NCBI GenBank assembly: GCA_964016885.1
Contig: OZ024763.1
Span: 15,934,001 to 15,998,000, forward strand
DNA: 64,000 nt
Reading direction: 5' to 3'
From: Eledone cirrhosa
Lineage: Eukaryota
Below are positions 12,645 through 25,000 of the stretch, one piece after another. Below the pieces are notes generated by a model. The model had not been told where the DNA came from. It did not search any database and was given only the letters and a program-made list of their open reading frames with translations. Position numbers and translations under genes: made by a program. Position 1 is the first letter of the stretch, and the number at the start of each line of letters is the position of its first letter.

Positions 12645-12812
12645 GATGCAATGTCCGAACTCCCACCGTCATCACCTCCATCTCTCTGTATGGTGAGCAA
12701 ATGGGGTCCCACGTGCTGGCCTCTCCCCGCAGCCCCGGCGGACAGAATGAAGAAGGCGTTTCCCCGGGGGATGGTAAGGGAGATGCGCTGGGAGAGCCAT
12801 TCCATCTCACGA
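12645..12812 (-). mobile_element. 3' fragment of a probable CRE-clade (RLE-type) non-LTR retrotransposon
   Basis: WLSQRISLTIPRGNAFFIL resembles the C-terminal QRxSxxIQRGNA motif; related copy 8391-8515. Confidence 0.55.
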
Positions 12813-13587
12813 GGTAAAGAGAAAGGAGCAGTTCGACCACTTCATACTACTCCTCCTTCTTTACGCTTGCTGCCTGTGTGAATGTGTGTGTGTGTGAATG
12901 TATGAGTATGTGTGTGTGTGAATGTATGAGTGTGTGTCTGTGTGAATGTATGTGTTTGTGTGAATGTAAGTCAGTGTGTATTTGTGTGTGTGTGTGTCTG
13001 TGTTTGCACGTTTACATATAAACGTATGCATATACACATACACACACATATGCGTCAGCATGTTGAAAACAATCCCGGTTATACAAAAATTTGAAGCAAG
13101 AAAATTAAGAATTTAAAATGTTAATGCAGTATCACACATACTGAGATGGAGAAAAACAAATTTCCCCCCCTTTTTCTTTATACAAACAAATGAAAATTTT
13201 AAAAGTTAGTGCAGAGTCGGAGAGTTGGCGAAAAGCCATTATATAAAAAAATGTTTTTTTTCTCATTTTTTAACACTCGGAATCAGTAATTTGAAAACAG
13301 CGACAAAGAAAGTCTGATAAATTTTCTTCCTTTAAACACATGCGACTTGTGCATGAATACAGTGTTTCTAGGGTATTTTAAAAACCTGGCGGAGCCTAAT
13401 CCGCTCCAGGTTTGAATACAGTAGATTTCTTTTTGAGAAGCGTAGAGAGAGTGAGAAAGTGGCAGTGAGAAAGAGATATATAGAGGAAGAATCGACCCCC
13501 AGTACTAAACTGTTATTTTTTTTTTTTATCGACCTCGAAAATTGAAAGGCAAAATTTACCACGGCGTGATTTGAACTGTAAAGCATT

Positions 13588-13938
13588 CTAGTCAACATCC
13601 CGCAATCGTCCACCAATTTCGACGGTTTTTCCTTCTGTTTTCGTGCTGAACTTCGGATCACCTTCTAAACTGTTCGATGAAACGTTGACTTCTATACTGG
13701 AACAGAAATTTCTTTTTTCCAAGTCTTTAAACACCCAAAGCCTCCTATTATCAAGTGAATAATAATTTCCTTCGTGTAAAACGACAGTTATATTAGGAAT
13801 CGAAGAGATACGGGTTTCCCTCTTCACAATAGAATCAGCCAAATCGCCAATAAATGGAATTGGAGTACAATGCCTTGGCTGAAAGCAACTGCGAATATAA
13901 TGTTGTGAATAACGAATTTCAGATGGTTTTAGTTTCAT
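13588..13938 (-). CDS. Intronless 116-aa ParB/Sulfiredoxin-like domain protein
   Basis: Non-repetitive ORF from ATG 13938: MKLKPSEIRYSQ...IPNITVVLHEGNYYSLDNRRLWVFK; PxxIRxSQ and SLDNRRL motifs typical of ParB/Srx-fold proteins. Confidence 0.7.
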   Translation of the reverse strand: MKLKPSEIRYSQHYIRSCFQPRHCTPIPFIGDLADSIVKRETRISSIPNITVVLHEGNYYSLDNRRLWVFKDLEKRNFCSSIEVNVSSNSLEGDPKFSTKTEGKTVEIGGRLRDVD

Positions 13939-14001
13939 TTTCAGCACTTTTTCCTCTTAAATTTCTCGATGTAAAAGTAACCAGTCAGTAATTTCAGACA
14001 A

Positions 14002-14203
14002 AATAGGGTTTTACTGCTCAGCTCCCTAATCGAACTTGACTCCACTTTGGTAGTAGAATAGGGTTTTACCGCTCAGCTCCCTAATCGAACTTGACTCCAC
14101 TTTGGTAGTAGAATAGGGTTTTACCGCTCAGCTCCCTAATCGAACTTGTCTCCACTTTGGTAGTGGAATAGGGTTTTACTGCTCAGCTCCCTAATCGAAC
14201 TTG
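14002..14203. repeat. 55-bp tandem repeat x3.7
   Basis: AATAGGGTTTTACYGCTCAGCTCCCTAATCGAACTTG... at 14002, 14057, 14112, 14167. Confidence 0.95.
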
Positions 14204-14567
14204 ATGATAGATTAGGGGGGTAGGTAGCCAGCAATTTTTTTAGATTAAGTGAATATTAGTGGGAAACATGAAAGAAATATCAACAGCTCTCTAGTTATGT
14301 TTCAATATAAACGAGTGCCCGGGATTCGTTATATATATACACACTCACACACACATACACACTCACACACACATACACACTCACACACACATACACACTC
14401 AAGTTTTAAAATGAAACTAAAAGTGGTTCTTTCTTGAAAACTTACGTCACATATATTTCATGGAACAGAAGAGATGTCAACATGAATAGACCAATTACTT
14501 TTATCTAAATACATTTTTTCCAATGCCACCCCGCCCGTCCGCTCAATCCATCTTATTTCTCATTCTT

Positions 14568-14603
14568 TCTTCTGGTGAAGGACTAGCGCCCGAAACGTTA
14601 AGA
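14568..14603 (+). ncRNA. Penelope-type minimal hammerhead with one core substitution
   Basis: TCTT-CTGGTGA-AGGACTAGCGCCC-GAAACGTT-AAGA; about 85 nt upstream of (TA)n. Confidence 0.6.
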
Positions 14604-14680
14604 CCCTCTTCCTGCTATTTCAAGCGTTAACCTAATATATTCCTTCCATATACTGTACCGATTGTGTTGTTATTTCGGTT

Positions 14681-14770
<90 letters not shown>

Positions 14771-15138
14771 TTAACGTCTATCTTCTACGCTAGCATGGGT
14801 TAGACGGGAGTTGTCCCAATTTGAGGCAAGGTTGGTCGGGTGACCGTGTCTCGCTCGTATAGGACTATCTGGCAGGTTTTCTACGGCTGGATGCCCTTTC
14901 TAACACCAACCACATTTACAGTGTGTACTTTGTCTATGTCTGTAGTTATATATACACTTATGTCGACGTACTTTGTAAGTATATGCGCGTGGTTGAGTGT
15001 GTGTATGTTTATATTTTTTTTGTTATATATATATATATATGTATTCTTTTTCTCTTCGCCCGTTGTTTCCTCAGCCTCACTTTAATATTTCTTATATTTT
15101 GTTTTCAAATCCATATTTAATAAAAACACCTTGTTTTA

Positions 15139-15195
15139 TTCATTCTGATGACTGAAAACAGATATATCTGCTTTCAAGAAACCACTGTAAATGAA
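15139..15195 (+). ncRNA. Type-I hammerhead ribozyme motif
   Basis: TTCATT-CTGATGA-CTGAAAACAGATATATCTGCTTTCAA-GAAA-CCACTG-TA-AATGAA; family 3' end also at 5030-5158 (inverted). Confidence 0.75.
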
Positions 15196-15314
15196 ATAAT
15201 TATCTTATGTTGTTTATTACATAACTAATAAGCTCTGTGGCCTACATAGAGCACTCTTTTGGCCTGTACCTTTCCGACGGAATTACTTCACACACACACA
15301 TATATATATATAAA

Positions 15315-15775
15315 AACACACAGTCCACGCTGTAAATGTGGCCGTGTAGGCAACACGGTAAAAACCTCCCAGCCCCACACTGTAAATGTGGTTGGTGTTA
15401 GGAAGGGCATCCAGCTGTAGAAAACCCGCCAGACAGTCCACGCTGTAATGTGGCCGTGTAGGCAACACGGTAAAAACCTCCCAGCCCCACACTGTAAATG
15501 TGGTTGGTGTTAGGAAGGGCATTCAGCTGTAGAAAACCCGCCAGACAGTCCACGCTGTAATGTGGCCGTGTAGGCAACACGGTAAAAACCTCCCAGCCCC
15601 ACACTGTAAATGTGGTTGGTGTTAGGAAGGGCATCCAACTGTAGAAAACCCGCCAGACAGTCCTATGCGAGCAAGACAACCACTCTTGCCTCAAGTGGGA
15701 AAACCCCCGTCCAAACCCATGCAAGCGTGGAACACGGACGCTAAACCTGATGATGATGATGATGATGATGATGAT
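15315..15775 (+). mobile_element. RTE LINE 3'-UTR fragment with internal tandem triplication
   Basis: Matches 58140-58360 and 61742-61960; about 122-bp unit x3; ends in (ATG)n; similar at 20570-20825, 14740-14925, 30180-30495. Confidence 0.75.
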
Positions 15776-15995
15776 TAAACTTTATTTTATCACGAGTTAA
15801 GGCTCTATTGATTTTTTCCCTGGATTTCACTAAATTCTGTGGATGAATCTATATCCTGATTCTCTTTGAGATGAGTTTGAATTATTTTTTCCCACATCTT
15901 ACGTTAACTATTTTTCCCATTTTGACGCTATAGTCACTTATATATATATTATGGAATACTGTTGGCTTTTCGCTACAATGTTTTCTATACCTTTC

Positions 15996-16036
<41 letters not shown>

Positions 16037-16040
<4 letters not shown>

Positions 16041-16999
16041 CGGTGTCAAGAATGAAAGTAAATTTCTTTTCTTTTTCGATAGTTTATTAAACGAAACGTC
16101 GTGGATGACTACAACGGAATTGGCTGTCAGAAGTGAAAGTAGAAGAATGTGACGTCATTCGTCAACCTTCTCAATCGTCAAACCTTCGTTTATTTCCGTA
16201 TCACCACCACCACCACCACCACCACCTTGTGTAAATAAATAAACTTTGAAATCACCACGTTGATGTATTTATTTTCATTTCGATTATTTATTTTCATTAA
16301 ACCCCAAAATAACTCGATTGTTTTTCATGTTGCGTGTGTTGAAAAAAATGACATATTTAAACGTTTATTGCATATAAAATTTTAAATTACCAACCTTATT
16401 TAAATGTTTATACTACACCATATAAATAGCTGCAATACAGTTTAGCATTTCGCCAAACTTGTTGGCCCCAACTCTCTGCCGCAAATAATGCTCACAAATT
16501 TCTCTAATGAAATTGCACCAGTCTATAACTGTCCTTTCGGAGACTCCAGTTTCTCTAATCACCTCAACTTGTGTGTGATCATAGCACCACATGTATATAA
16601 TACCAATAAGGTGATTCAGTCGCACATGGCTTCGTTAAAAAAAAAAGAATTCCGTCGCACCGATTGACTGAATTTGTCGCGGTTGCACCGCCATCTCAAT
16701 TTATCGACACCCCCAGAATAGCAGTTCAATCTGCAAGCCTCATTACAAACAGGACAATTCCACACTGTTTGCCAACAAACGCCGTCTCACCAACCACTGC
16801 AACACACAGAGTGTCACCGTGTATCGCAGGTATGAGAGTAAAAATGGTTACATTATCATTAAGGATGTCATTTGCATCCAAAATATCAGCTAACGTAGTG
16901 CGACAATAACTCGTCCAGACATTTTGGTTATGAGATAAACAATCGAAAATGAAAATAAATTTACTTTCATTCTTGACACCGCTAAAAGTAAGGAACGCC
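16037..16999 (-). mobile_element. Internally deleted Merlin/IS1595-like DNA transposon
   Basis: TIRs TTAGCGGTGTCAAGAATGAAAGTAAATTT at both ends; frameshifted peptide NCPVCNEAC..RWRCNRDKFSQSVRRNSFF..IYMWC..SERTVIDWCNFIREIC. Confidence 0.65.
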
Positions 17000-17312
17000 T
17001 ATATATATATATAGTAATAATTGTTTCTACTTTAGGCACAAGGGCAGCAATTATCCCAGTGCATTACTGGTACTTTATTTTATCGACCCCGTATGGATGA
17101 AAGACAAAGTTAACCTCGGCAGGATTTGAACTCAGATCATAAAGGGACGTAACTATGCTGGAAAGCATGTCCGAGCCTCTACCGATACTGCCAATAATAA
17201 ATTTGAAGCAGCGATTCTTTGCTTAAACTTTAATCTGTTATTTTAATAAATATATATATATATATCGTTTCTGAATTTGTTTATTATTGGCAACATGACC
17301 CTCCCAAAGTAT

Positions 17313-17380
<68 letters not shown>

Positions 17381-17465
17381 GAATATATAAATGAAAGGTA
17401 TAGAAAGTATTGTAGCAAGAAGCCAACAGTATTCCATATTATATAATATATATATAATATATATA

Positions 17466-17786
17466 TTAGAAAGTGAGGTTTTTTTTATCAAATGAAAAAT
17501 AACAGAGGTGTCCTGCACGAGTGAAAGTATAAAGAAAAGAAGATGAAATCGAAAATGCAACTGGAGTCTTATTTTAAAAAAATCTATATATTTATTTGGT
17601 TCCTTTACAGGTTTCGCAGTTCTTCTGCTTTTCAAAAGTAGAGTTGAGGTGGAGGGTCTGTGGTTTTTCTCAGACCCTCCACCTCAACTCTACTTTTGAA
17701 AAGCAGAAGAACTGCGAAACCGGTAAAGGAACCAAATAAATATATAGATTTTTTTTAAAAAATAACACTCCAGTTGCATTTTCGAT
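17466..17786. mobile_element. Second inverted-repeat copy of the U3-A8 hammerhead element
   Basis: Homologous to 9350-9726, different central junction, same right end TCTTTATA. Confidence 0.75.
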
Positions 17787-18166
17787 TTCATCTTCTTTTC
17801 TTTATATATATACATACACGCATACAAAACAAAGAGGGTGGTGCAAGATACCAGGTGGGCCATAACGAACCAGATACTCAATACTTAGGGTAGTAGAGTG
17901 GTTAATAGGAAAAGAGTGAGGACCCCGACGGCTGAGCTCCGACCGTTTTGACAACGAGATACGAAATAGCTGTCGAAACGGCCAGACCCCCCTACCCCCC
18001 GGCTTATTCCAACTCCCTCGCTTAATGCACCCCACTGCGTATAGCACCTAAACACCCCGGCTTACCCCTCCTACCATTATTTGAGGTCCGAGAGTACATA
18101 TTCAAAACAATTTCTGTAGAAATAAGTTACTTTTATTTTCACTCAAGGCTTCTCACACATGATCTG

Positions 18167-19780
18167 ATGTGTAGTGTAGTGTGTGGTGTTTAGTGTAGTG
18201 TAGTGTGGTGTGTTGTGGTATAGTGTAGTGTAGTGTATGATGTGTGGTGTGTAATGTAGTGTAGTGTAGTGTGTGGTGTTTAGTGTAGTGTAGTGTGGTG
18301 TGTTGTGGTATAGTGTAGTGTAGTGTATGATGTGTGGTGTGTAATGTAGTGTAGTGTAGTGTGTGGTGTGTAATGTAGTGTAGTGTGGTGTGTTGTGGTA
18401 TAGTGTAGTGTAGTGTATGATGTGTGGTGTGTAATGTAGTGTAGTGTAGTGTGTGGTGTGTAATGTAGTGAAGTGTGGTGTGTTGTGGTATAGTGTAGTG
18501 TAGTGTATGATGTGTGGTGTGTAATGTAGTGTAGTGTAGTGTGTGGTGTGTAATGTAGTGAAGTGTGGTGTGTTGTGGTATAGTGTAGTGTAGTGTATGA
18601 TGTGTGGTATGTAGTGTAGTGTAGTGTGTGGTGTGTAATGTAGTGAAGTGTGGTGTGTTGTGGTATAGTGTAGTGTAGTGTATGATGTGTGGTGTGTAAT
18701 GTAGTGTAGTGTAGTGTGTGGTGTGTAATGTAGTGTAGTGTGGTGTGTTGTGGTATAGTGTAGTGTAGTGTATGATGTGTGGTGTGTAATGTAGTGTAGT
18801 GTAGTGTGTGGTGTTTAGTGTAGTGTAGTGTGGTGTGTTGTGGTATAGTGTAGTGTAGTGTATGATGTGTGGTGTGTAATGTAGTGTAGTGTAGTGTGTG
18901 GTGTGTAATGTAGTGTAGTGTGGTGTGTTGTGGTATAGTGTAGTGTAGTGTATGATGTGTGGTGTGTAATGTAGTGTAGTGTAGTGTGTGGTGTGTAATG
19001 TAGTGTAGTGTGGTGTGTTGTGGTATAGTGTAGTGTAGTGTATGATGTGTGGTGTGTAATGTAGTGTAGTGTAGTGTGTGGTGTGTAATGTAGTGTAGTG
19101 TGGTGTGTTGTGGTATAGTGTATTGTATGATGTGTGGTGTGTAATGTAGTGTAGTGTGTGGTGTAGTGTAGTGTGTGGTGTGTAATGTAGTGTAGTGTGG
19201 TGAGTTGTAGTGTAGTGTGAGATGTGTGGTGTGTAATGTAGTGTATGGTGTAGTGTAGTGTAGTGTGTGGTGTAGTGTGGTGAGGTGTAGTGTCATGTGT
19301 GGTGTAGTGTAGTGTGTGGTGTGTAATGTAGTGTAGTGTAGTGTGTGGTGTAGTGTAGTGTGTGATGTGTGGTGTGTAATGTAGTGTAGTGTGGTGAGTT
19401 GTAGTGTAGTGTAGTGTGTAGAGTTGTAGTGTAGTGTGTGATGTGTGGTGTGTAATGTAGTGTAGTGTGGTGAGTTGTAGTGTGTGGTGTGGTGTAATGT
19501 AGTGTAGTGTGGTGAGTTGTAGTGTAGTGTGTGATGTGTAATGTAGTGTAGTGTGTGATGTGTGGTGTGTAATGTAGTGTAGTGTGATGTGTGGTGAGTT
19601 GTAGTGTAGTGTAGTGAGTTGTAGTGTAGTGTGTGGTGTGGTGCGGTATAGTGTAGTGTGGTGTGGTATAGTGTAGTGTAGTGAGATGTAGTGTAGTGAG
19701 ATATAATGTAGTGTAGTGAGATATAATGTAGTGAGATGTAGTGTAGTGAGATATAATGTAGTGAGATGTAGTGTCGTGTA
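18167..19780. repeat. Compound (GTGTA/GTGTG)n pentameric satellite with longer higher-order periodicity
   Basis: Direct inspection; explains His/Thr/Tyr pseudo-ORFs. Confidence 0.95.
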
Positions 19781-20143
19781 GTGTCCAACAATGGGGCAAC
19801 TGATCTAACCCATTCTAGCATGGAAGATAGATGTTAATCAACGATAATGATATAGGTAAAATACCATTATAACAAATCTTTCAGTACCCGGCCAGAAGCT
19901 TGATGTGTTAGGTCAATCTCGTTATAAAGAATTTTACGTTATAACAAACCTTTTTTATACCCCATGAATTTTATTATAATGGAATTTCACCACACACACA
20001 CAGTATCTTGGATAACCTACAAACTTTTCAGATAAACCTTGTAAATGTGTTTTTGGATTTTCCATGTTCTATATACACAGAATTCATTAGATAACATTTA
20101 TTTTCAGTTTCTTGGTTATTTTCCTATCAGTTTCATTTTAACA

Positions 20144-20354
20144 TTAACCCTTCAGCATTTAAACTCTGGCTATATCTAGCCACAATTCTCTCACCTCTTT
20201 CTGTTCAAACCAGCCATAACTGGCCACTCATACTGATGTTAAGGTATTGTCCTCAAAATAAATAATATCAAAATCTCATAGATTCGATATTATGTGAGAT
20301 AAAGCCTTGAAAATGTAATAGTAAATATAGAGTAATGTAAATGCTAAAGGGTTA
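20144..20354 (+). mobile_element. piggyBac-like MITE
   Basis: TTAA-CCCTT...AAGGG-TTAA termini; copies at 32075-32280, 39246-39754, 41757-42335, 44336-44550. Confidence 0.75.
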
Positions 20355-20509
20355 AACATTTCCTTTTCAGGACATCAAATTGTCAAAGTCTGGGACTTAG
20401 ACGCATGAAGTAGACAAAGTGATCCAATGGCCATGGTCAATTGTATCTATCAATACATCGTTCCAACTGTTGTTGATGGGTTTCAGGTCTCTGTGTGCAT
20501 GTGTGTGTG

Positions 20510-20551
<42 letters not shown>

Positions 20552-22014
20552 TATTTATATATATATATATGGTTTTCTACAGCTGAAGGGCATCCAGCTG
20601 TAGAAAACCCGCCAGACAGTCCACGCTGTAATGTGGCCGTGTAGGCAACATGGTAAAAACCTCCCAGCCCCACACTGTAAATGTGGTTGGTGTTAGGAAG
20701 GGCATCCAGCTGTAGAAAACCCGCCAGACAGTCCTATGCGAGCAAGACAACCACTCTTGCCTCAAGTGGGAAAACCCCCGTCCAAACCCATGCAAGCGTG
20801 GAACACGGACGCTAAACCCGATGATATATATATATATACATGGTTTAGTGGTTAGAGCATTGGATGGAGGTACATGGCTTAGTGGTTAGAGCATTGGCCT
20901 TGCAATCGAAAGGTTGTGAGTTCAATTCTCAGACCGGGTGATGTGTTGTTTCCTTGAGCAAGACACTTTATTTCACATTGCTCCAGTTTACTCAGCTGTA
21001 GAAATGAGATGATAGGGACTGGGGTCCATATCATTCCACTGCAAAATGGTTGTGGAGGTGCCACGGCAAAAAAGCACCCAGCACTCACTGTAAATGAGGT
21101 TGGTGTTAGGAAGGGCATCCAGCTGTAGAAATCAAGCCAGAATCAGTTCCCTTCCCACCCTTGCAAGCAAGGAAAAAGCGGACGTAAAATGAAATGATGA
21201 TGATGATGATGATGATGATATAATCATCGATTAACGCCTATCTTCCACGCTAGCATGGGCCAGATGGGTTTGTCCCAATTAGAGATAAGTTGGATTGGGT
21301 GACCGTGTGTTTACACAGCAACAGAGGTGCGACAAAAGAGGGTCACCGCGGAATTAGCAGGGCGTTCATACTGCGGTGTAGGTGCAACAAAAGGGGTCTT
21401 AGTAGAAGTAGCACAGACGCAAGTTTTACGGTGTCAATAACATGGCAACATATACAGGGCCCGGATTTGCACGTGATGAAACCACGAAGCGTCAACAGGG
21501 CGCCGACAAAAATTTCAAGGTCCTCCTCATTTCTTCAATCTCCCGAAAATGGTCCTGCTTAAAAGTAAGTAAGTGTTGTGTCCTCTGTTAAATAAACCAA
21601 ACTTTTAACGAAATATTATACGCTACTTACGATGTTTAAGAAGCATTTATATTGAAAATGAAAATAGCATGTAATGCCCAATGCTAATTCGTAAATTTCC
21701 TAGAAACCATTAATGGAATCGGAAATTTTTGTCCACAGCAATACGAGGGGACTAACTAATGTGTGCTGCAAATTTCGAGGAAATCGGCTAAAAAATGTGG
21801 TTTTTCGCCTAATGCAGGCTCTAGGGCAGAAAAAGTTAAATTCTTTTTTAGCCCATTGCACTTCAAGAAATATAAGTAACGTATGTGCAAAGTTGGAAAA
21901 AAAATCAGTCAGGTACTTCTCGAGTTTTATGGATTTACACAGACAGACATCCTCTGTTTTATATATATATATATATATATATACAATATACACACCTATA
22001 ATATATACATATAT

Positions 22015-25000
22015 CATCATCATCATCATCACCGTTTTACGTCCGTTCTTCCACGCTAGCATGGGTTAGACGGGTTGTCCTGTTGTGGGCAGTGTCTGGT
22101 CGGCTGACCATGCCTTGCTCATACAGGAACTGATTTGGCTTGATTTCTACAGCTGGATGCCCTTCCTAACACCAACCTCATTTACAGTGAGTGCTGGGTG
22201 CTTTTTCGTGTCGCCTACACGTCCACTTTACAGTGTGGGCTGGGTGCTTTTTTGCCGTGGCGCCTCCACGACCACCTTGCGGTGAGGGGTGTGGAGGCAT
22301 ATTGTCTATATGCTTCAGCTTGTACCCATGGGAGGTCGAGTACTCTGTATTACTGCGTGACGCCAGAGAGGTGTAATTGGGTAAGGTCGGCTTTTATCAC
22401 CTCATCCCAGGTCATCTTGGGTCTCCCTACTCCGCGGTTTCCATCGACTTCTAGTGCTCTGCACCTTTTTATGCAGCTGTCATCCTTCATACGCATCACA
22501 TGTCCATACCAGCGCAACCGCCTCTCCTGCACACAGCATTTGATTCCTCTTATGCTCAGTCTCTCTCTCAATTCATTTATGCTTTGTCGTTCACGTATAT
22601 TACTGTTACATATCCATCGGAGCATGCAGGCATCGTTTCTCTCTAATCTCCGTAAGTCTTCCACCTTCAGCGCCCAGGTCTCACTACCATGCAACATTGC
22701 TGTTCGGATACACGCATCATACAGTCTGCATTTCATTCTGAGGGAGAAGCCTTTTGCAGCTAGCAGTGGTAGTAGTTCCCTAAACTGCTTCCATCCCGTT
22801 CTTACCCTAGTTATTGTACTTTCTGAACACCCACCTCCGCTGCTAATTCGGTCACCTAGGTAGCAGAAGCTGTCTACTGTTTCTACAGAGCCCTCCCAGA
22901 GATTGGTGGTACTTGTTTCCTGTGGCTGTTTACTGCTTGCTGTCTCAGCACAGCTGCTGCATGTGAAGCCTACATTCTTAATTAAGCTTCCTGAGATCCC
23001 GCTACATCTCTTATGTACCCATTGTTTGCATTTGGGGCAGAGAATGGAGTTCCTACCTACACCTTTCCTACATACTGAGCAAGGCCATTTCTCTGAGGGG
23101 ATCTGGGTTCTGTTTTCTCGTCTACTTACAAGGACCTTAGTCTTTGTCATGTTGACTTTGAGACCCTTTCTTTCTAGTCCCTGCTTCCAAGTTTGGAATT
23201 TATTCTCTAGTTCTACCATAGATACAGCTATAAGTGCGAGGTCATCAGCATACAGGAGTTCCCATGGGCATCCGGTCTTAAACTCCTCCGTTATTGCCTG
23301 CAGGAATATGATGAATAGGAGGGGGCTAAGAACAGAGCCCTGGTGGACCCCAACCTGTACGCTAAATTCCTCGCTATACTCATTGCTAATCCTAACTTTG
23401 CTGACTGCTCCCCTATATATGGCTTGTACCGCTTTCACAAGCCATTCATCTACTCCTAGTTTTCTAAGAGCCCACCAGATTACAGCACGTGGAACTCTGT
23501 CAAAGGCTTTCTCAAGGTCGACAAATGCCAAGTAGAGTGGCTTACTTTTAGCTAGGTACTTTTCCTGTAACTGCCTCACAAGGAAGAGGGCATCAGTGGT
23601 GCCTCTTCCTGGTACAAACCCAAATTGCATCTCGTCTATTTTCACCCAGTCCCTAATCAACTGTGCTATAACTCTTTCTGTTACTTTCATGACCTGGTCC
23701 ATCAACTTTATACCTCTATAGTTTCCTCTATCTAGTGCATCACCTTTACCTTTGTAGCATTCTCCTCATTTAGTAATCTATCATAATGACTCTTCCATGC
23801 ATCTTTCTTCTCAGCACTTGTGAGGGCAAGCTCACCTTTATCATTCCGGATACACTTCTCTCCAATGACATCACAACTATCTCTGACACACTGCCTCGCA
23901 ATCTTGAACACCTCCTCACATTGCAAAACATGCTTGAATTTTCTATCCTCTGCTTCCCTCCTAGCTAAGTATACTTGTCGCCTAGCTTCCCTCTTGGTCT
24001 CTATGTAATGTACCCTGCTCCCCCCATTCTTCCATTCTTTCCATGCCTGTCTCTTGGCCTTAACTGCTTCATCTACCTTATTGTTCCACCACCAAGTCAC
24101 TCTCCTCCTGCTTGAAGTCTTACTCCAGCCACAGACCTCATCCGTCGCCTCTAGTAAATTATTTTTTAGGAACTCCCAGTTCTCTTCTACATTGAATGTC
24201 TCTATCTGTTCTTCTTTACTGCCATAGGCGTTGAGTAAAATATTTTAAAATCTGTTACTGGTTGAGGGGTCTTTCAGCTTCCAGATCTTTCTTCTCCAGG
24301 TTCGTCTAGTTCTGACCGTGAGGTCGTTGACAACTAAGCTATGTTGGGATGTACATTCCTCACTAGGGAAGGCTTTTGTGTTTACGACCGTCCATCTGTC
24401 ACGTCCTCTGATGAGGATAAAATCTATCTGACTGGAGTGCTCCCCTGATCTATAGGTGATCAGGTGGTTGTCGGGTTTTTTAAAGTTTGTGTTACATATC
24501 GACATGTCATTGGCGTCGCAGAATTCTAGAAGTCTGAATCCTTCCTCATTTCTTGTGCCAACCCCATGACCTCCATGTATTCTATTGAAGCCGTCGCAGT
24601 GTTTACCTACGTGTCCGTTAAAATCTCCTGCGATGATTAGGAAGTCATTGTCGTCTGTTAGAGCAGTAGTGTGCATTAGGGACTCGTAAAACCTATCCTT
24701 AAGTTTGTCTGGCAGCCACGATTGGGGTGCGTAAGCTGATATTATTGTGGTAATTGTTTTATTCAGGACTAGTCTGAGTTTAATGATTCTTGCATTTACC
24801 CTGTACACTGAGATTACTTTATCTACCAACTTGTCAGCTAGTAGTATACCTACACCACCCATCCCATCGTCATTTCCCACCCAGAAAAATTTGTAGCGCC
24901 AACTTTTTCCTACAAGGACTCTGGCAGACTCTCCTCTCCATCTAGTCTCTTGCACACAGCATACATCAATTTCCTTTCGCTCTAGCATTTCTACGATTTC

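Noticed and set aside
18280-19821. 513-aa His/Thr/Tyr ORF
   Set aside because: Translation of a pentameric satellite that lacks stops by composition.
22198-23535. Plus-strand 221-aa and 210-aa ORFs (and similar at 48170-49231)
   Set aside because: Antisense shadows of LINE RT coding sequence.
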